This document shows positions 1 through 13,059 of a stretch of 64,000 bases of DNA, in pieces. Position 1 is the first letter of the stretch. Each line of letters opens with the position of its first letter. The notes under the pieces were generated by a model. The model had not been told where the DNA came from, ran no database searches, and saw only the letters and a program-made list of their open reading frames with translations. The position numbers and the translations under genes were made by a program. This stretch comes from Octopus vulgaris (Eukaryota): positions 88,102,001 through 88,166,000 of the forward strand of contig OX597823.1 in NCBI GenBank assembly GCA_951406725.2. The letters run 5' to 3'.

Positions 1-58
1 TACCTCTGGTATTCGAGTACTATTTTTCCGCCTTGTTTCGCATTTATGTGATTACACT

Positions 59-64
59 GGTATA

Positions 65-95
<31 letters not shown>

Positions 96-212
96 GTGTG
101 TATGTATGTGTGTGTGTATGTGTGTATGTATGTATGTATGTATGTATGTGTGTATGTATGTATGTATGTATGTGTATATGTGTGTATGTGTGTGTGTGTA
201 TGTATGAATGTA

Positions 213-243
<31 letters not shown>

Positions 244-245
244 AT
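59..245. repeat. (TA)/(TATG)/(TG) compound microsatellite
   Basis: Visible tandem units; explains ORF 33..278. Confidence 0.95.
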
Positions 246-839
246 TTGATTAGGTTTTGTTTCGCTTCTGCATTTTAAATTCATTTATGGTTATTCCTAG
301 ATATTATGTTCCTAGTTTTACCTTCGAATAAAAATTATAATAAAAACAAATGTCAAAGCAAAATTGTAACTTTTCAATCTGCTACAAGCATCGGGAACAA
401 TTAGGCGTTTTTAAGCTCTTTGTCGAAACAGTGACCCAGACATATTCACTATCAAATAAACTCGGCTAATGTGATACTTTCCCAAAACCAGACAAGAGAC
501 ATTCGCTCACCACCAGCGGCTGTATCAGCTGTATCTTGCATTTCCATAGATTTCACACGACTACACGTCCGAACTGTTCTATAAATGTCAGCACGAAAAG
601 TGTGTATTTACTATTTCCCTTATTATATTAGTAAAACAACCGTTGAGCAGGTGCACAGTGCCCAAATTTGCCGGCGTCTCACATTGTTCTGAAATATTTT
701 TAGTTATACTTTCTTCTTTTGAAAGCATATGAAATCTATTCCGTTTTTCTGAAACTCAGAAGTATGATTCTTCGACGAATTCTTTGAGCAAAGAGAAACA
801 ATCCTTTATAACATACCTCTCCCTTGATCAATATTACAT

Positions 840-1221
840 TGGCCCAGTGGTTAGGGCAGCGGACTCGCGGTCATAGGATCGCGGTTTCAATTCCCAGACC
901 GGGCGTTGTGAGTGTTTATTGAGCGAAAACACCTAAAAGCTCCACGAGGCTCCGGCAGGGGATGGTGGTGATCCCTGCTGTACTCTTTCACCACAACTTT
1001 CTCTCACTCTTACTTCTTGTTTCTGTTGTACCTGTATTTCAAGGGGCTGGCCTTGTCACTCTCTGTGTCACGCTGAATATCCCCGAGAACTACGTTAAGG
1101 GTACACGTGTCTGTGGAGTGCTCAGCCACTTACACGTTAATTTCACGAGCAGGCTGTTCCGTTGATTCGGATCAACCGGAACCCTCATCGTCGTAACCGA
1201 CGGAGTGCTTCCACCACCTCC
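840..1221 (+). mobile_element. tRNA-derived SINE with target-site duplication
   Basis: Pol III A-box-like tggcccagtggtta and B-box-like ggtttcaattccc; (cca)n-like tail; ATTACATTG direct repeat at 833-841 and 1222-1230. Confidence 0.8.
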
Positions 1222-1734
1222 ATTACATTGAACAGCACGCTTTGACTTGCAATTCTAGAGAAATTACTGCTTCTGCTCTCACTATTAACATCATTTGACG
1301 ATCCTTTTTATCACATCGTAAAGCGTAAACGTCTGAAGTGTCTTCTTGTTTAATTGCGTTCATTTTCCTCTCTATGTTCGCGTGTTTTTCTTTTATCTCA
1401 AAAGTAAAACTTTAATTATTTCTCTCAAAACCATTTTTATTCGTGGGAGTAAACGGCATTGCCCCGTTTCTTGCTTGCACATGTTTCTTTGCCTCGCAAT
1501 ATGCCACATTACATTACTAATAAACAGCTTCTAATTTTATTTAATTTTATTTCATTTCATTCATTTTTTTTTTTTAGAATAAAGTAAATATCTAAACGAC
1601 CAAAGAAAAAAATATTATTTTCTTCCAGGTAATAAAGAAGATGTCCAAACATGTTGAATCCCTTGATTACAAATACAGAGAAAACTTTTCCTTTATCAAA
1701 TGAATTAAATTTCTCGTGGAGCTACTTCGAAGTG

Positions 1735-1768
1735 ATGATGACTACGACGACGAAGACGACGCAAATGA

Positions 1769-1802
<34 letters not shown>

Positions 1803-1836
1803 GATGTTGGTGATGAGGATGATGATGATAATAATA

Positions 1837-1878
<42 letters not shown>

Positions 1879-1880
1879 TT
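1735..1880. repeat. (GAC/GAT/GGT/AAT)n compound trinucleotide tract
   Basis: Visible; produces the poly-M/V/I and poly-D/G/N pseudo-ORFs. Confidence 0.95.
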
Positions 1881-3042
1881 AACTTGAGAAATAGCTTAAA
1901 TAATAACTGGAAATAATGAAAGAATACGCGCTTATTGAATTTTTAACGTGTCGTTAGACTTTTATACTCCCCTTTCATTATTGTATCTTTAAAATGTCTG
2001 CTATAAAAATATTTTAGTCTAATTGTGTCGCAAAAATATTATTATTACTGTATGATATAATCAAATGATAGCTTTTAATGAAGTGAAGCCTCAAAGTAAG
2101 TTGGCAAAATAAAAATATCTAAATTTACGACTTGATTAAAGAGAATTATATTCCCATCCTTGTGAATTTAGTTTAACACCGCAGTGTTGTTATTTCCGTC
2201 AATCAAATAGCTTGATGCATACGTCATAACGAGATTTTATTGGTTTGCTTGTTTGCTTTTTAACTTGCGTGCGCTGCTTCTATTGTTTTAGTTCTTGTTT
2301 TTCGTTTTGTTTTAAAAAATAAACGAATAATTAAATAAATAATTCAATACCTAAATAAACAAATACAAAGAAATAAATAAACAAATAACGGAAAATTATT
2401 TCCTTTGAGTTTGTTGAAGATTACAAAATATTGGTTTGTCAGATTTTTAATGCCTGCTATTGAAGTCGGAAACGCTTCATCTTCATATCAAACGAAAATG
2501 ACATTCTATGAGAACGAATTACAAATGAATTCTTTTGACTTAAGCACAGAGAAGTAATTTACGGGGGAAGATGCTTTAGGTGGGAAGCAGCACAACAACC
2601 TCAGCGTATTACGGATTTCTTTATTATAATCAGTAGAGGACTAATGTGGTTTTGGTAGAAGGGGCCGTGTAAAGTTGATTAAATTGACTGTATTTTGGAA
2701 CAGCAGGTAATTAATTTAACAGTCCTGAAGGGATGAAATTAAATGTCAATTCTTGTATTATTTGAAAAATTATTTGAAGAGTAAAGGGCAAAACGAAAAT
2801 CTCTAAATTAGAAACTGCGAAATTCTACACCCTATTTTTTGAAAAAATAAAATCCAAGTATCATTATCATCTACACAAAGACAGCTAATGCCAATACAAT
2901 CTTGCTATGATCATAATCACCACCATCGCGAGGACTACAACGGTGAGCGCAACTATGGCCCGCCACCACCACAAATACTATCACAACCACAACACCATCA
3001 CAGCTGCTGCTGCTGTTACTACTACTGCTACTTTAAACAATA

Positions 3043-3419
3043 ATCCTTTCTACGAAAGGCACAAAGCCTGGGATTTTCGGGGCGGGGACTAGCCGATTAC
3101 ATCGACCCCAGCGTTTAACTGGTACTCAATTTGTCGATCCCCAAATGGATGAAAAACAAAGTCGACTTCGGCTGAGTTTGAACTCAGAGCGTGAAGAAGG
3201 ACGGGAAACCGCTAAGCATTTTGCCCGACGTGCTAACGATTCTAACAGCTCACCGCCTTAATAATAATAACAATAATAATAATAATAATAATAATAATCA
3301 TCCTTTCGGCTTGAAATTTTGGGGGAGGGTCTAATTGATTACATCGCCCCCCAGTTAGTAACTGGTACTTAATTTATCGATCCTGAAAGGATTAAAGGCA
3401 AAGTCGACCTCGGCGGAAT
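3043..3419 (-). mobile_element. Two copies of the Meta-core-like SINE (family B) separated by (AAT)n
   Basis: Reverse complement of head ggcggtgagctg and core gaggtcgactttgcctttcatcctttcggggtcgataaattaagtaccag; second copy truncated at 3419. Confidence 0.8.
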
Positions 3420-3420
3420 G

Positions 3421-3825
3421 CACGGATAGGTGACAAAATTGTTGTCGTAACTGGGGATATCCGCGTAGGTTACAAAGAGCTAGAAAATGTGGGAAAATAC
3501 AAATTACTAAAAGACGAAATTGCAAGAATGTAGGCAGTGAAGAGAATAACTTTTATCACAGTAGTTAGAGTGATACACGGAGTACTAACAGCCAAGTTCG
3601 TAAAATATGTCGGAACAATTGGAATTGATATTAGGGGAGAGTATGCCCCAGACCTGCCCTATTGGGGACAGGGAAGGGATGAGACTGGTGTTTGTGTACT
3701 TAACACCTAAGTACCAGGTCTTACAATTCGTGGAAAGAGGCGTTTTGAGACCTCTGACAACAGCGCGCTCTCCGCTCTCACAGAATTAACCAGAGGATGT
3801 AAGATCGAGAGCTCTGTGACGTAAA

Positions 3826-3890
<65 letters not shown>
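3421..3890 (+). mobile_element. R4/Dong-clade non-LTR retrotransposon 3' end (restriction-like endonuclease relic) with (AAT)n tail
   Basis: Translates as TGDIRVGYKELENVGKYKLLKDEIARM*AVKRITFITVV..IGID, matching the R4/Dong C-terminal pattern PGDxRVxxKExEKxxKYxxLKxEIxRMW; 3' UTR is similar to 54960-55050; (AAT)n from about 3829. Confidence 0.75.
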
Positions 3891-3891
<1 letters not shown>

Positions 3892-3965
3892 TAGCTGCAA
3901 TAATAAGGATAATAATAACACAATGAGGTAGCGAAAGTGTTACGTTGGAAACTGTGTGAAAAGTA

Positions 3966-4230
3966 GGGGTTCAGTTCCACTGTGTGGCACCTTGGGCAAG
4001 TGTCTTCTTTTTGTGCTTGTGTTTGTGTGTCTGTGTTTGTCCCCTCAAAATCGCTTGGCAATCGATGGTGGTGTGCTTACGTCCCCGTAACTTAACGGTT
4101 CTGCAAAAGAGACCGATAGAATAAGTACTAGGCTTACAAAGAATAAGTTCTGGGGTCGATTTGCTCGACTAAAAGACAGTGCTCTAGCATGGCCACAGTC
4201 AAATGACTGAAACAAGTAAAAGAATAAAAG
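3966..4230 (+). mobile_element. SINE family A, truncated and internally deleted copy
   Basis: Shares gtggcaccttgggcaagtgtcttc and ccgatagaataagtactaggcttacaaagaataag...gactgaaacaagtaaaag with the full copies at 6555-6983 and 29119-29551. Confidence 0.85.
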
Positions 4231-4233
4231 CGT

Positions 4234-4269
<36 letters not shown>

Positions 4270-4270
<1 letters not shown>

Positions 4271-4990
4271 GATGACAAGACTAAAACGAAACACTGTAGT
4301 AAGAACAGGAAAATAATTTCTATTTGCTTGTTTCTATAAAAGCAAATAAGAAAGCCAGAATAAAAGTTTGCGGCGACGCCATAGCTAGCAACAAAACATA
4401 TGAACAACATCGATTTACATGCATCGACATAAACACCTGTCGGAATTGTACAAAACGAAGGGAGTCAATGAAAGAATAAATAAACATTGTAAGGTCCTTC
4501 AAGTAATTCTGTCCATTGAGAAAAAACTATGCGAATATCGATCGCCCGATTGATCTGAACTATTGTGTAAGCAATGATAGTATCAAGAGATGCTGTGTTA
4601 ATTCCGCGCTGAAGCATATTCTTAAAACAGAAAGAAAATATATTTCAGAACATTGAGGATAAAAGATGAGATATCTCAGAGAAATCCAACAGAGACGAGA
4701 AAAAGGTGCAACAAATAGAAAAAAGTCTAATATCAGTAAAAAACCCCTCTGGAAATGCAAGAATAAAGTGACCCGAAAGATTATTGTAGACAGTAAAACG
4801 AGGAAAATAAATTTCATCATGGCCTCGATTGATTATGGTAAAACGTTTGATTGTGCTACCCATTCGTCGCCACTAGGGAATCAATACATAAATGAATCAA
4901 TCCTGATACTAAGAAAAATCGTTAATGCTCACAAATCAAAAATCACCAAATGTTGGTCTGAGATTCTGCACTTTGAGTACAAGTCACAGA
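4270..4990 (+). pseudogene. Decayed R4/Dong reverse-transcriptase fragment
   Basis: ORF 4666..5160 contains IIVDSKTRKINFIMASIDYGKTFDCATHS, resembling the R4/Dong RT motif xxDxKxRKxNLxMAWIDYKKAYDxVPHS; surrounded by stops and frameshifts. Confidence 0.65.
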
Positions 4991-5934
4991 ATAGTTTGCT
5001 ATTTGTATTTTCGGAGTCTATAAATAAAGGACTAGATAAGTTGTGCGGTCGATTTTTCGCTTTTCTTCCACTTACTCTCTCTCTCATTTCTCTCCTTATC
5101 ATTCTTTCCCTCCTGCCCCCTCTCTCTCTCTCTCCTAGGATATATTACGTTACTCTGTGAGATGGTTTGTAGGAGACTAGAAATTGATGAGTGGTGAAAG
5201 ACGGGCTACCAAATTGCCGCCCAGAAAGAAAACTATATTCAACTGCAGTGTTGGGGTTAGTCGGATGTGCTGGAAGGTACAGCTTAGAGCGGGAATGAAG
5301 AAAAAAGAAGACTAATAAAATATTGTAACTATGTCACATAAAAATGGAAAAAGAAATCATTCCAAAGCAAAGAGCAGATAATTTAATCCAAGTTGTACTT
5401 ATGTAAGAAAATACATTTTCCCAGATGACTTATGTTTTTCTTATTTTTGAAGTGAGAAACCCAACAATGTCTCAGAAATGGGTTTGGTTTTAATGGCTAG
5501 TGGTAAGTATAATATATACAAGCAGTAGAATACAAGGGATCACAATATTTCCTCTGGCTTCTTAGTCTTTTTCATGTCTAATTTTATTGCGAAACACGAT
5601 TATCTTAGAAAAGATATCCAACGGAAAATATGTTGACTATTCAATGCAAAAACGGTTGGAAAAGTCTATAAAAATGAACGAAATACGGTGCGGATACAAC
5701 CTCGATATTATTGAATTAGAAAAGAAATATGCATTTCAACACGAAATCTAAACCCCTGCAATTAATTTTTCTTACAGCTTGCAGACTGTAGCAGCACTTT
5801 CCACTTCATGTATATTAGGCAAAAAATAAATGAAAAAATAAAATTCAAATTAATTAAAAACGGAGAAAAATAATCGCTGCACAAAACAATTCGTCCAAGA
5901 TCCACGCTCGGCAATCTGGTGTAATCTTATAAAA

Positions 5935-6077
5935 GCATTTAGGCTATTGCAATATAAATTGTGCGGATGGGCAATTGGATTAAACAGACGTTTATATAAA
6001 CGGAAACAATAACCAAAATTAAAGATCTGGAAATTGAGATTAGCAGAATGCCGGAATTGAATATAGGAGCAGTTTCA

Positions 6078-6117
<40 letters not shown>

Positions 6118-6345
6118 AAATAATAATAATAATGAAAATAATAATAATAATAAATTTTTTTTTTTAAATTTTATTTTTATGTATTAGACATTCACTAGTA
6201 CAACACAAACCCCCCACCCCAAATATATGGCACAGAACTTCCAACTTGTTGTCTCTTGAGGTCTCTGGGTGAGACTTGGAGCCAACTTGTACAGACATAA
6301 AGCGAAAGTCAAACATAGAATAATAATAATAATAATAATAATATA
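5935..6345 (+). mobile_element. R4/Dong 3' relic split by an (AAT)n tract
   Basis: aaagatctggaaattgagattagcagaatg = KDLEIEISRM (compare KYKDLEIEISRMW); 3' UTR-like segment at about 6215-6320 ends in (AAT)n. Confidence 0.55.
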
Positions 6346-6554
6346 CAAATACCAGTCATACAGTGAATAGAAAATGGCACAGCTTTACACGTACCGCATT
6401 GGATAATATTTAAAACTTTTTGTCGTGGAATACGATGACAGGCATTAATATATGATACCAGGAAATCAATAATAACATGGACTAAGCATAACTGAAGGAA
6501 ATTCACATTAAAGACTACAAATTAACTGTAGTAAAATAAAATAGTTTTAATTAT

Positions 6555-6744
6555 TACTCTTTTACTCTTTTACTTGTTTCAGTCATTTGACTGTGGCCAT
6601 GCTGGAGCACCGCCTTTAGTCGAGCAAGGACTTATTTTTTGTAAGCCTAGTACTTATTCTATAGGTGTCTTTTGCCGAACCGCTAAGTTACGGGGACGTA
6701 AACACACCAGCATCGGTTGTCAAGCGATGCTGGGAGGACAAACG

Positions 6745-6791
<47 letters not shown>

Positions 6792-6983
6792 ACACACAGA
6801 TACATATATATACATATATACGACGGTCTTCTTTCAGTTTCCGTCCACCAAATCCACTCACAAGGATTTGGTCGGCCCGAGGCTATAGTAGAAGACACTT
6901 GCCCAAGGTGCCACGCAGTGGGACTGAACCCAGAACCATGTGGTTGGTAAGCAAGCTACTTACCACACAGCCACTCCTACGCC
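6555..6983 (-). mobile_element. SINE family A, full length
   Basis: Head ggcgtaggagtggctgtgtggtaag with B-box-like ggttcagtcc, central (TA)/(TG) tract, (gtaaaaga)n tail; many copies in the window. Confidence 0.9.
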
Positions 6984-7697
6984 TATTGTTTATGAATTTG
7001 TGACATCACACCGTCAATATATCACTAAGCTGTCTACGATGAAATCCCCCACAGGTTACTCGAAAGAAAAGCTTTGTTCATTACTTGGAACAACGCAATA
7101 TGCGTAAAATTAAAATCAGATACCAGAATCTATTTACGAAAAATATATAATACTATAACTGCTAGTCTCGAAAACCGCCTGGCTGCTCAGTTAGTAAAAG
7201 ATGTATTCTAAGCGTAATTGCTGAAGTTGCCCGGAAACAGGTGCATGATTGTAATTAACAGTTATTGCTGAAGCGAAACGTTACGGAAAACTGCATGAAA
7301 ATAACAGGCATTGAATATAGCATGGATTGTTTAGTGAATGCAGTTGATTGCATATTACACCTATGCATTTTTGAAATTATTTATATAAAGGTAGTTCAAC
7401 CTGAAACTAAAGCAATTTATCAGTCATGCAATAATAAAGTGGGAAACTGCAGTATGGCTATGTTTATGAGCAGATTCTAAACAGTAGTGGTATTCACAGG
7501 GGAGAAGACATTGGAAACGAACAAAGCAATTCGAATCAAGGCCTTCAAGGGAGATAACTGTTTTTTTCTACTCGACTTACGATGAATACAAACACCAGTC
7601 TTTCTAAACGGGGAATATATACAGTATTTTCACTCTATGGAAAATTGGTAACTATTTAACAAAAAAGGCAACAAATAACTTAAAACTCGTACGCGAA

Positions 7698-8097
7698 TAC
7701 TCTTTACTCTTTTACTTGTTTCAGTCATTTGACTGCGGCCATGCTGGAGCATGGCCTTTAGTCGACCAAATCGACCCTGGGACTTATTCTTTGTAAGCCC
7801 AGTAATTATTCTATCGGTGTCTTTTGCCGAACCGCTAAGTGACGGGGACGTAAACACACCAGCATCGGTTGTCAAGCAATGCTAGGGGGACAAACACAGA
7901 CACACAAACATATACACACACACTTATATATATATACATATATACGACGGGCTTCTTTCAGTTTCCGTCTACCAAATCCACTCACAAGGCATTGGTCGGC
8001 CCGAGGCTATAGCAGAAGACACTTGCCCAAGATGCCACGCAGTGGGACTGAACCCGGAACCATGTGGTTGTTTAGCAAGTTACTTACCACACAGCCA
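7698..8097 (-). mobile_element. SINE family A, near full length
   Basis: High similarity to 6555-6983. Confidence 0.9.
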
Positions 8098-8559
8098 AAA
8101 TTTGAAAAAAATACTTGAATAGTATTTCAATTTATCACTTAAAGTGATGAAAAGCAAAGTTGACATAGATGGGATTAGAACTGAGTTGTGAAGTCTGGAA
8201 ACAAATAACGGTAAACGATTTCTATGATGTTGTAACGATTCTGCCAGGTCACTGTACTAAATAATCTCTGATTTAGGTACCATGCCAGAAGTGTCAATGG
8301 ATACCATACCATCGAAGCCAGATCTACAATATTTTATGGAAACCAGTTGTACATTTTTTTATCGAAGCCAGTTCTACATTATTTAATCGAAGCCAATTCT
8401 ATATTATTTTATCGATCTCGTATAGATGAAATGCAAAGTTAACGTTTAGTGAGATTTGAAACTAGGATTTAAAGAACATAAATATATACCATAAGACATT
8501 TCTCCGACTAACGATTTATCTAGGTTGACATCTTAACAACAAAAGCAATAGCAATAGTT

Positions 8560-9490
8560 TTAGCATTAGGCTAGCAGTTTTGAGGAGAGGATGCAGGTCG
8601 ATAACATCAACTCCGGTGCTAAACGGATACTTATCCTATTGACCTGAAAGCATGAAAGTCAAAATCGACCTCAGCAGAATTTGAATTCACATTGTAAAGA
8701 TCTCGAAGCAATGCCGCTGAGCATTTTGCGCAAAATGCAAAAGATTAATATTTCTTATTTCTTTACTGCCCACAAAGGGCTAAACATAGAGGGGACAAAC
8801 AAGGACAGACAGACGGATTAACTCGATTATATCGACCCCAGTGTGTAATTGGTGCTTATTTAATCGATCCCGAAAGGATGAAAGGCAAATTCGATCTCGA
8901 CAGAATTTGAACTCAGGACGTAGCGGCAGACGAAATACCACTAAGCATTTCGCCCGGTGTGCTAACGATTCTGCCAGTGCGGCGTCTTTAATGGTTTTAA
9001 AATTTGGTACAAGGCCGGAAAATTTAGGGAGACGGTATAATCGCGAAAGAATGAAACACAAAGTAAATTGACATCGGTGTAATTTGTAACCAGAACGTAA
9101 AAAACGGATGAAATCCGATTAAGCATTTCGCCTCGCGTGCTAACGATTCTTTTCTACTCTAGGCACAAGACCTGAAATTTTGAGGGAGGGGTCAGTCGAT
9201 TAGATCGACCTCAGTACGCAGCTGGTACTTAATTTATCGAAACCGAAAGGATGAAAGGCTAAGTGGTTCTCGGCGGAATTTGAATATTGTTTTCTACTCT
9301 AGGCAAAACGTCCGAAATTTTTGCGAAGGGGGCCAGTCAATTACGTCGAACCCAGTACGTAAACTGGTACTTAATTTATCGACACCGAAACGATGAAAAG
9401 CAAAGTCGCCCTCGACGGTATTTGAACTCAGGACATAAAGACAAACGAAATACTGCTAACCATTTCGCCCGGCGTGCAAACGATTCTCTT
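8560..9490 (-). mobile_element. Cluster of SINE family B copies of different ages
   Basis: Repeated atcgaccccag..ggtacttaatttatcga..gaaaggatgaaaggcaaagtcgacctcggcggaatttgaactcag motifs. Confidence 0.8.
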
Positions 9491-9657
9491 AAATAATAAT
9501 AATAATAATAAAAATAATAATAAAAATAACAATAATAACAACAACAATAACAACAATAATAACAATAATAACAACAACAATAACAACAATAATAACAGTA
9601 ACAATAATAATAATAATAATAATAATGCTACTACTATTAATAATAATAATAATAATT
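9491..9657. repeat. (AAT)/(AAC) microsatellite
   Basis: Visible; gives the poly-N pseudo-ORF. Confidence 0.95.
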
Positions 9658-10332
9658 ACGTGACGTTGTTTTATTTGTTGTAAACATCGAGAAATTAAAA
9701 GTTAAAATTCATTGACTGAAACAATATCAAACAGCAGCAGTCATCAAAGGTATTTGTTGTTTTTAAACTATAACACTTTCAAGAATATTATCCGATTATC
9801 ACAAATGGCATCAGTTATTCTGTTGCCGTCATGTAAACATACACCACGTACACATAAGTTTAGCACTATTAGAAACATGTCTAAGTTAGAAAACACATGA
9901 AAATATGAAAAAAAATATTACTGAAATCGAGAAAAAAAATATATCTACTCAGTCGTGTTAGATTAAGTCGAGAATGAGTATTTTAAAGTTGATAAACAAA
10001 ATGCGGTATCTCAACACATTGAAAAATAAATTTAGTAAATGTTATTCATTTCAAAAGAGGCTTCATTAAGCGGAACTTGATAATCACTCGTCAATTACAG
10101 GAAAACAAAGAGATAAAACAAGTTGGCGTATTAAAGTGAAAGAAGCTGCATCGCGTTATTGTTTGTTGGTAGTAAATTATTAACCAGAGTTTCCAAAATA
10201 AATTTATAGAAATATACATGTAGATGAAAATAAAATGTAGATTTGACAGAGTATTACGTATATACCAGTGTCTCTAAATTAAGATACACACACACAAACA
10301 CACATAAATATATATATATATAAATATATATA

Positions 10333-10522
10333 TAGGGAGAGTGTACGAAAAAACAAAAAACGAAGACAGGTGGTGTACACAACAAAAGGTTGGATTAGTA
10401 TAACGCTCAGGAATAGAAAAAGTCTTTTACGTTTCGAGCCTACGCTCTTCTACAGAAAGTGACACAGAGAAAACAAGGAGAGAAACAATGTGTGTAGTGG
10501 CTAACGATCTATCATGGTGACA
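10333..10522 (-). mobile_element. Short element in (TA)n with a hammerhead-like motif, probably Penelope-derived
   Basis: Minus strand 10455-10428 reads CTGTAGA-A-GAGC-gtag-GCTC-GAAA-C-GTA; TA repeats on both flanks. Confidence 0.5.
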
Positions 10523-10659
10523 TATATATATTTATATATATATGTCCTATATTTATTTCTCGTTCAGGCATTTTGCTTAAGCATGAAGCGAATATGTCTT
10601 CTAAATATCTTATGCCTCTAGTGTAGTTTTAAGAACCATGATACTAATTAGAATTAGAT

Positions 10660-11560
10660 CGACCATAAATGACAAAATACAATCAAAGGAATATTGCCGG
10701 TAAATAGTTCAACCTGTTTAGAGCTATACGATAACAGAGGGTCTTTAACAGATTGGTCAGGATCAACTGGAAAACAGGTTAACAAACGCTGCAGTTCTAG
10801 ACAAGCTAGAAGTTCAAATCCACAAAGCTATCATATTTTGGAATTAGAAAGAACCATATTTCATGTCCAAGATCTTCCTGACAGGAAGTGTGAAGGGCTG
10901 AGAGACAGAGGACTTGAAAGGTGTTTTGGGGCCCGCAGTAGCAAAAAATGGAGTGGAAACTATAATTTTCAATGTCTCGTTTTCTTCCTTGACAGTGCAG
11001 GGTATTGAGATAATTTATGTGCTTCTGAGATAACTTAGATGCTACCTCAGTTGAAAACCCCCAAAGGCTTACCAAGTGTTTCGTAAACCATCTCAAATGC
11101 GTATATAAAGAGATAATTAGAAGAAATTTAGATGAAAATATTACAGAAATTCCGTAACCATATTGCCTTAAGTGTTACCTTAATACCTGGCTAACATTGT
11201 GTGCAACCATGGAGGTAAAAGTGGGGCAGATGCTCTACTAATTGCTCTAAACAGAGTAACCAAGGATGTATTTAATCTAATGTTGCGTCACCTTGTAATA
11301 TATTTCATTTGTTATCAGTGCGTTGTTCATTTCTGTAACAACGAAGACTTGACCTCATATATATACACAATATCCAAACACTTGCTCACAGACGTCTAGA
11401 AGTAGATTTTCCAAGAAGATAGAATCTATTTATGATGGCAAGACACAGCATAATTAGACAGTTAAATACACTGGCGATGACAGGATGTTAACTATCGACT
11501 CCTCAGCAGGTAAACCGGCAATCTATCATCCTGCAGAAATGCAGTAATCGTAAATAGAAT
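10660..11560 (+). pseudogene. Heavily decayed non-LTR RT relic (R4/Dong-like)
   Basis: GGKSGADALLIALNRVTKD (about 11210) and IFQEDR (about 11405) fall in the order expected for the RT motifs GxxDxLLI and GIFQGD; many stops. Confidence 0.45.
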
Positions 11561-11784
11561 ACCAGCTGTGAGTATTAAAGAGACTAATAGATTGATACTG
11601 AAAGCATTATTGGATGTCATGTTGAGAGCTATGACATAGGCTGTTGATAGATTGTTATGACTATGGAACTTGTCAATGGTTCTGTGATTCATTAGACAAT
11701 TCCGTCATAACAACTTTGCTTTTCTTTTGTCGCTATTGCTTCTTGACTTGATAACATGACTCACATTTACAGACACGATAGTGT

Positions 11785-11997
11785 ATGAATACATACATAC
11801 ATACATACATACATGTTATATATATGCATTTATATATATGTGCGTATGTTATATATATAATTATAAACGTATATTTATATATATGTATATATATATACAT
11901 ATATATATGTACATATATATATATGTACATATATATATATATAAACACATACATATATATATATATATACATATATATATACATATATATATGTATG

Positions 11998-12030
<33 letters not shown>

Positions 12031-12062
12031 GTATACACACATACATATGTGTGTGTGAGTGT
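11785..12062. repeat. (TA)/(CATA) microsatellite field
   Basis: Visible. Confidence 0.95.
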
Positions 12063-12444
12063 GTTCAATATAGAATATGACATATGAAGTTTGTATCGAA
12101 AGTAATACAAACGTGGGCATAAGTTTTATATTATTTGACGCAGGTTGTTCGACTTGCACGGTAGCGAATCTGTTCGCGTATAGTAAACTCTACGTTCTGT
12201 TCTTTTTCATTGCAGGCAAATAACATATTTCAATCAATGTCAACGTAACGGCAGTGAGTTCCTGGGGGAGAGCAATTTGAGGACTATCTGCTATCAAGAG
12301 AGGGCTACAGATATTTACATAGAATATACCGACAAGAGAAAGTCGTCTAAAGAAACCTTGTCGGCGCGTAGACAGTCACTGTGGTGCATTATCTGTGCAT
12401 TAGCCACCACCTGTGGGCTTATGTCGAAGAGCTGCAGTCGCATG

Positions 12445-13015
12445 TATTGGCTCGTCCGGAAAGTTCATACCGATGTAATAGTAGCTTACATTTCGACTTA
12501 TTTTAGAACATGGTTGAATCCATAAAATAGGATTTGACTACATCTCCATTTAGAGCACAGCTTAAGCTATCTTTTCGTGGAAGAAGTTTTATGTTGCTAT
12601 AACCTGTGTTAATTCTGTAACCCTTTAAAATGGAAGATAAGTTCATTTTCGGCACTTGATGCTTTGGAAACCAGACAAAAATTGCTGCAGCTCGGCTGGG
12701 ATGTGTTACCCCACCCTCCATATTCACCAGATATTGCTTCTTCGGATTTCCACTTATTCTGCAGGTCTCTGCAGAATAGTCTTAATGGTAAAACTTTCAA
12801 TATCTTGGATGACGTCTAAAGATACTTTGATTAATTTTTTTACCATGAAACCACCTCAATTCTAAGAATAGGATATTTTCAAGTTAAGGGAAAAAGGGAG
12901 ACGCATTGTGTAACAGAATTGTTCATATTTAGTTGATTAAAAATGTAATGGCAAGTATTTATTGACCTTTTTCTTTCCTTTAAATATCGGCACGAACATT
13001 CCGGATAACCCAATA
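12445..13015 (+). mobile_element. Internally deleted mariner transposon with both TIRs
   Basis: Left end TATTGGctcgTCCGGAAaGTTCaTaCCGAT matches the reverse complement of the right end, TATTGGgttaTCCGGAAtGTTCgTgCCGAT. N-terminal MEDK..FRHLML is fused to TRQKLLQLGWDVLPHPPYSPDIASSDFHLF (mariner YSPDLAP motif). Confidence 0.9.
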
Positions 13016-13059
13016 ATTCATCGAATGCACAGTGAGGTTCCCGCGCCCCACCTTTTTTT

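Noticed and set aside
840-915. tRNA gene
   Set aside because: A/B boxes run into a SINE body with tail and TSD; no complete cloverleaf.
1651-1916. Poly-D/G/N and poly-M/V/I ORFs
   Set aside because: Trinucleotide microsatellite.
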